Shown piece after piece: positions 59,568-64,000 of a stretch of 64,000 bases of DNA. The notes beneath the pieces are model-generated. The model had not been told where the DNA came from. It ran no database searches and saw nothing but the letters and a program-made list of their open reading frames with translations. The position numbers and the translations under genes were made by a program. The first letter of the stretch is position 1; the number at the start of each line of letters is the position of its first letter. The stretch lies in the NCBI RefSeq assembly GCF_040493455.1, contig NZ_JANFDA010000001.1, positions 483,283 through 547,282 on the forward strand, written 5' to 3'. The DNA is from Winogradskyella sp. 3972H.M.0a.05 (GTDB lineage Bacteria; Bacteroidota; Bacteroidia; Flavobacteriales; Flavobacteriaceae).

Positions 59568-60308
59568 ATGTTTAACAAAAAACCTATCAACAGCATTTTT
59601 AGAGTAGCAATTTTACTGCTTTCGTTAGCACTCTTTTCATGTAAGAAGGAAATAAACATTGCGTTTTCAGAAGAAGCTATTGCTTCTGTAAAAGGTGCTG
59701 AAATCACCATCCTGTATCCCGAGGCGGAAGGGAACACACCTGCAGTTTCCAAAATAAACAAGGTTATAGAAAATCATGTGGTGAATGCGATTAGTTTTTC
59801 TGAAGAAGAACTAACGGATGTCCATTTGGCTGATGCTGTTAAGACCTTCAACACAGAATACGAACGATTCAAAGAGGAATTTCCAGATAGTGCACAAGAG
59901 TGGACTGCTTCAGTAGAAGGAGAAGTCATCTATCAATCTCCAGAGATTATTTCGGTAGCTATGAATACCTATTTAGATACTGGAGGCGCTCATGGGAATG
60001 ACAATATCACATTTCTGAATTTTAATGCTGAAACAGGAGACTTACTTAAGAATGAAGATATTCTGAAGTTAAATGATAAATTAACTGAACTTGCCCAAAA
60101 ATATTTTGAAGAAGAAGTTAATGCTGAAGATGCTTCAATTAAGGATTACTTTTTTGGTGAACCATTTCATCTACCTGCCAACATAGGGTTTACAGAAGAA
60201 GGAGTTGTATTTCTGTACAATGTCTACGAAATTGCTTCGTATGCCCAAGGCTATACAGAATTTGTGATTCCTTTCTCGGACATAGATTCGTTTTTGAAGG
60301 TTGAATAA
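59568..60308 (+). CDS. DUF3298/DUF4163 (RsiV-like) lipoprotein
   Basis: Lipobox (LALFSCKK); LDTGGAHGN motif typical of DUF3298. Confidence 0.55.
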   Translation: MFNKKPINSIFRVAILLLSLALFSCKKEINIAFSEEAIASVKGAEITILYPEAEGNTPAVSKINKVIENHVVNAISFSEEELTDVHLADAVKTFNTEYERFKEEFPDSAQEWTASVEGEVIYQSPEIISVAMNTYLDTGGAHGNDNITFLNFNAETGDLLKNEDILKLNDKLTELAQKYFEEEVNAEDASIKDYFFGEPFHLPANIGFTEEGVVFLYNVYEIASYAQGYTEFVIPFSDIDSFLKVE

Positions 60309-60360
60309 GATATAGATTTACTCAGAATACCGTTTCTTTGTAGTCTATTTAAGATTCAAA

Positions 60361-60714
60361 ATGAAAAAAATATATTACCTCAAAACATGTAGCACTTGTA
60401 TTCGTATTCTGAAAGAACTCAACCCATCAGACGACTACATTCTCCAAGACATAAAAAATGAACCCATTACTGTAAAGCAATTGGACGAAATGAAAGCACT
60501 TTCAGGGAGTTATGAAAGCTTATTCAGTAAAAGGGCAAAACTTTATAAAGAGATGGATTTGAAGAATCAAAATCTAGTTGAGGAAGATTACAAGCACTAC
60601 ATTTTGGACCATTATACATTTTTGAGTAGACCAGTAATGATTGTAGATGATCAAATTTTTATTGGCAATTCCAAGAAAAATGTGGAAGCAGCAAAACTAG
60701 CAATGCATGTTTAA
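60361..60714 (+). CDS. ArsC/Spx/YffB-family thioredoxin-fold protein
   Basis: N-terminal YYLKTCSTC redox motif; about 117 aa. Confidence 0.7.
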   Translation: MKKIYYLKTCSTCIRILKELNPSDDYILQDIKNEPITVKQLDEMKALSGSYESLFSKRAKLYKEMDLKNQNLVEEDYKHYILDHYTFLSRPVMIVDDQIFIGNSKKNVEAAKLAMHV

Positions 60715-61609
60715 TCGGAAGCTGGCATTAATTGCTGTTTTTTTGGTACAGCTGCTTTATGGGTTTAACTATACGTTTGCCAAAATTGTTATGAATGGCG
60801 GCTACATAAAACCATTTGCATTTGTAATCTTACGTGTAGCAGGCGCAACACTATTGTTTTGGTTATTTGGTCTGTTTTTCAAATCAGAAAAAGTTGAGAA
60901 GAAAGACTATTTGCAGTTTTTCTATGCAGCAATTTTTGGGGTAGCGATCAATATGCTTTTATTCCTCAAAGGATTAGAGTATACCTCACCAATACATGCT
61001 TCAGCTATTGTAACTAGTACACCGATTATAATATTAATTCTATCATCAATATTACTAAAAGAACGAGTCACCAAGCTGAAAATATTGGGTGTATTTCTTG
61101 GGTTTTGCGGAGCCATAGTTTTAACTATTTATGGAAAATCTCCAAGAGCAGCAGATAATGTTTTACTTGGAAATACCTTTATTTTTCTGAACGCGATTTC
61201 ATACAGTATTTATATAATTTTGATTAAGAGGCTTACAGCTAAGTACCATCCATTTACGTTTATAAAATGGTTGTTCCTATTTGGTTTGGTATTAGTCATT
61301 CCTTTTGGTTATGGTGAATTAATGGAAATCCAATGGGAAACATTCACGCCATACATTACTTTTTCCGTAGCATTTGTAATAATAGGAGCCACTTTTGCGA
61401 CTTATATATTGAATCCATTAGCACTAACCAAACTAAGGGCTTCGACCGTTGGCGCATTTATCTATCTACAGCCAGTAATAGCAGGAATTTTTGCTTTGGT
61501 CATGGGAATCGATGGCATAGATAGTGTTAAAATTATCGCAATGCTTCTAATTTTTGCTGGCGTATACTTAGTTTCGTTTAATCCTAAATCTAAACTTAAA
61601 TCAACCTAA
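60707..61609 (+). CDS. DMT-superfamily (EamA) transporter
   Basis: 10 TM helices; duplicated EamA-like halves. Confidence 0.8.
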   Translation: MFNRKLALIAVFLVQLLYGFNYTFAKIVMNGGYIKPFAFVILRVAGATLLFWLFGLFFKSEKVEKKDYLQFFYAAIFGVAINMLLFLKGLEYTSPIHASAIVTSTPIIILILSSILLKERVTKLKILGVFLGFCGAIVLTIYGKSPRAADNVLLGNTFIFLNAISYSIYIILIKRLTAKYHPFTFIKWLFLFGLVLVIPFGYGELMEIQWETFTPYITFSVAFVIIGATFATYILNPLALTKLRASTVGAFIYLQPVIAGIFALVMGIDGIDSVKIIAMLLIFAGVYLVSFNPKSKLKST

Positions 61610-62784
61610 TGGGACAGTTGACAGCTTCTTTTTTTGATCACATCGATGATATTGATTCCAAACATTGGGATAGTTTGGGTTGCTGTGATAATACTTATTA
61701 TACTCCAGAATTTTTTAAAGCTTTCGAACTAGCTCATGATGACATAGAGTTTAAGTACATCATTATTTTTAGAGGAGATGAGGCAATAGCTTTTGCGAAT
61801 ACACAAATCGTTACCATTAGCATTGAAACGATTACTAAGAATATCAAGATTTCGGACACAATAAAGCGCAACATCAATAACTTTTTCAATAAGAATAGCC
61901 CACGTATTTTATTTTGCGGTAATGTCTTTTTAAGTGGAGAATATGGTACATTTTTGAAAAAAGGAGAGGATAAGGAAGAGACTTTCAAAGCGATAGCCGA
62001 TGCTGTAAAAGAGCTTTATAAACCCAATAGAACTCTCAATGCGATTTTCATAAAAGACTTCAAGCAAGAGTCACTTTATATTACAAACTCCCTAAGATGC
62101 TATGACTATATCCCTATGAAGGTAGAGCCCAATATGATTATCTATCTCAAAGAGGAGTGGACAAGTTTTGATGATTATAAAAATGCGCTTAAGTCTAAGT
62201 ATAGGGTGAAAGCAAACAAAGCTGATTCGACTAGTAAAAGTCTCAAGGCAAAGTTGTTCACTCCAGAATGTATAGAACGATACAAAGACCAGCTGCAAGC
62301 ATTGTATGAGAATACTATTTCTAATTCCAACTTTAATGCCCAAGTCTTAAACCTTAATACCTATACACACCTTAAAGCCTTTTTTGGAGATAAGTTTATT
62401 GTGAAGGGTTACTTCTCAGATGATAAACTGGTAGGTTATCTATCTGCGATGGTCAATCAAGATAATCTAGATGCTCATTTTATAGGATTAGATTATAGTT
62501 TGAATAAATCACATGCTATTTACCCCAGAATTCTCAACGACTATGTACGTCTTGGCATTGAACATGGTTCTAAACGCATCAATTTAGGTAGAACAGCTTC
62601 AGAAATAAAAAGCACATTGGGTGCTCTACCTGAAGATTTAACATGCTATATAAGACATAGAAAAACGATTCAAAATCAATTGATGAAACCATTCATTAAG
62701 AATGTGCAGATAAAGTCTTATAAGCAGCATCAACCGTTCAAAGAAAACTCAAGCACAAAAAAAGAGGCCAAAACAGCCTCTTAA
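61609..62784 (+). CDS. putative FemAB/BioF2-like GNAT-fold acyltransferase
   Basis: About 391 aa; architecture like the Acetyltransf_6 family; weak motif evidence only. Confidence 0.45.
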   Translation: MGQLTASFFDHIDDIDSKHWDSLGCCDNTYYTPEFFKAFELAHDDIEFKYIIIFRGDEAIAFANTQIVTISIETITKNIKISDTIKRNINNFFNKNSPRILFCGNVFLSGEYGTFLKKGEDKEETFKAIADAVKELYKPNRTLNAIFIKDFKQESLYITNSLRCYDYIPMKVEPNMIIYLKEEWTSFDDYKNALKSKYRVKANKADSTSKSLKAKLFTPECIERYKDQLQALYENTISNSNFNAQVLNLNTYTHLKAFFGDKFIVKGYFSDDKLVGYLSAMVNQDNLDAHFIGLDYSLNKSHAIYPRILNDYVRLGIEHGSKRINLGRTASEIKSTLGALPEDLTCYIRHRKTIQNQLMKPFIKNVQIKSYKQHQPFKENSSTKKEAKTAS

Positions 62785-62807
62785 TGTCTTTGTTGTGTTT
62801 ACTCAGA

Positions 62808-63242
62808 TTATACCCAAGCGTTAATTAATCCGCCCATTAAACCAGCAGTTAAAATCCAATATCCGACATTGATAGCCACATACTTAAATGATTTTTGCTC
62901 AAATAACGCATTGGTCGCAAAAGCAGGAAGAATTGTAAATACAGGTAAAAATGCACCATGAAGCAATCCATGTTTGAAGGTCATAAAGGCAGGAGTACCG
63001 TGAAGGTCATCTGGTGGTGCTCCTCCAGTAAAAACTTCAATGTTTAAGTAAAAAGCAAGAATAAATGCAAATACCACACACAAACCATAAGTTTTTACAG
63101 GGTTCATTTGTTTTGCCTTTTCCATGGTCATGCCAGACTCTTTCATCCAAGCCTTTCCAAAAAGAGGACCATACCATACAAAACCAGTAGCTAGAGGAAT
63201 TAAGGCAGCCACTACAAGAGCAAGCCAATTAATGTGTTCCAT
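62808..63242 (-). CDS. DUF1761-like small membrane protein
   Basis: 4 TM helices; 144 aa. Confidence 0.5.
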   Translation of the reverse strand: MEHINWLALVVAALIPLATGFVWYGPLFGKAWMKESGMTMEKAKQMNPVKTYGLCVVFAFILAFYLNIEVFTGGAPPDDLHGTPAFMTFKHGLLHGAFLPVFTILPAFATNALFEQKSFKYVAINVGYWILTAGLMGGLINAWV

Positions 63243-63290
63243 TATAGATTAAAATTTAAAAGTTAGTGGCTTCAATTTACAAAATTATTT

Positions 63291-63767
63291 TTAGTGCAGA
63301 TTTACTGGACGCTTGCCATGACTGCGCGTATCCTCCTTTGTAAGCACTTTAAAATCATCAGATTTTGGGAATTTATTCGTTAATTCTAAAAGCTCTTCAG
63401 GCAGGCCGCAAAGCTGTCTTTGTTTTAGATCAATAAAAGCTCCCATTACGTCACAAGTGGCTAAATTTTCGCCCTTAGAATTGTAAAAATTGTGTGTAAA
63501 CCTAAAGAACATCCCATCTTCACTTAGACCCGATAATTGTAAGCTAACTCTAACAGGTCTCCCGATAAAAGATTCTTTAAAGTAATAGATGTTTTCATAG
63601 AACATTACAGGTCCAAGATTGTGGCTCACCATTTCATTGAGTGAAAAGCCATATTCTGTAAAAAAGGACATTCTGGTATGACTCATAAAGTTTATATAGG
63701 CCGAATTGGCTAAATGACCATTGGCATCAATATCGCTCCAGCGAATTTCAAATTCTTTTAAATACAT
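63291..63767 (-). CDS. acyl-CoA thioesterase (4HBT/YbgC-like hotdog fold)
   Basis: WSDIDANGHLANSAY motif. Confidence 0.75.
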   Translation of the reverse strand: MYLKEFEIRWSDIDANGHLANSAYINFMSHTRMSFFTEYGFSLNEMVSHNLGPVMFYENIYYFKESFIGRPVRVSLQLSGLSEDGMFFRFTHNFYNSKGENLATCDVMGAFIDLKQRQLCGLPEELLELTNKFPKSDDFKVLTKEDTRSHGKRPVNLH

Positions 63768-63893
63768 TTCTTGTGTTTAGGTAGTCACAAATTTAAAACT
63801 TCTATTTGCTTTTCAAGGATGGTTTCGATACAATTACTTCACTATAACTGTGCGTTTTTGCTTACCTTTGCGCAACATTTACAATTAGTGTCT

Positions 63894-64000
63894 ATGATAC
63901 AATCCATGACAGGTTACGGAAAATCTGTGATTCAACTACCAACAAAAAAAATATCGATCGAAATAAAATCGCTCAATAGTAAAAACCTCGATCTCAATAG
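63894..64000 (+). CDS. YicC-family stress-induced protein (3'-truncated by the window end)
   Basis: MIQSMTGYGKS N-terminus characteristic of YicC. Confidence 0.7.
   Translation, partial: MIQSMTGYGKSVIQLPTKKISIEIKSLNSKNLDLN

Noticed and set aside
1-64000. Searched for CRISPR arrays, integrases, transposases, toxin-antitoxin pairs and known defence-system signatures
   Set aside because: None found. The direct repeats present (12.4-13.4 kb and within the tRNA array) are hairpin or tRNA-derived, not CRISPR-like. No recombinase motifs appear in any ORF.

Overview
The window looks like a chromosomal segment from a low-GC Bacteroidota genome, probably a marine Flavobacteriia member. This rests on T9SS-type C-terminal domains, Bacteroidetes -7 promoter motifs, sulfatase clusters and an AT-rich background. 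It breaks down as follows.

- **1 to 27 kb: housekeeping genes.** These include dinB, pyk, rnc, fabF-acpP, purN, rnhA, purF, ssb, ferritin and ppc.
- **27.4 to 31.0 kb: a dense tRNA gene array of about 3.6 kb.** I hand-folded about 15 canonical tRNAs in it: Lys, Asn, Cys, Gly, Trp, Asp, Ser, Val, Ile, Met/Ile2, Gln, His, Phe. Mixed in with them are non-canonical tRNA-like genes.
  - Three tRNA-like genes carry mutually homologous 52-62 nt insertions in the anticodon loop.
  - Four copies of a derived 3' module (ggttcgaaatgc-N3/4-gcattcaYga) replace the normal T-arm.
  - Two class-I-shaped tRNAs have Leu anticodons.
  - There are degenerate duplicates.
  - An ORF-free, GC-enriched, hairpin-dense stretch of about 1.1 kb sits between a tRNA 5' half and a tRNA 3' half.
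  - This array is the most unusual content of the window.
- **31 to 38 kb: an envelope exporter operon.** The order is OMP beta-barrel, LolA-like protein, RND/MMPL exporter, TetR regulator.
- **38.8 to 49.7 kb: a sulfated-glycan utilisation cluster.** It contains an AraC regulator, a PhyH dioxygenase, a sugar isomerase, a GH127-like protein, a GH13 enzyme, an SSF symporter and two sulfatases.
- **50 to 64 kb: mixed metabolism and housekeeping genes.** These include metG, an LD-carboxypeptidase and metB/metC.

Other notable items are a tandemly repeated hairpin-plus-terminator element (sRNA-like), an 878-aa secreted, extremely acidic, Cys-periodic coiled-coil protein, and a 58-aa Cys/Lys-rich small ORF missing from the ORF track. 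No CRISPR array, integrase or transposase is evident. All tRNA calls are manual folds and need tRNAscan-SE, ARAGORN or Infernal confirmation.
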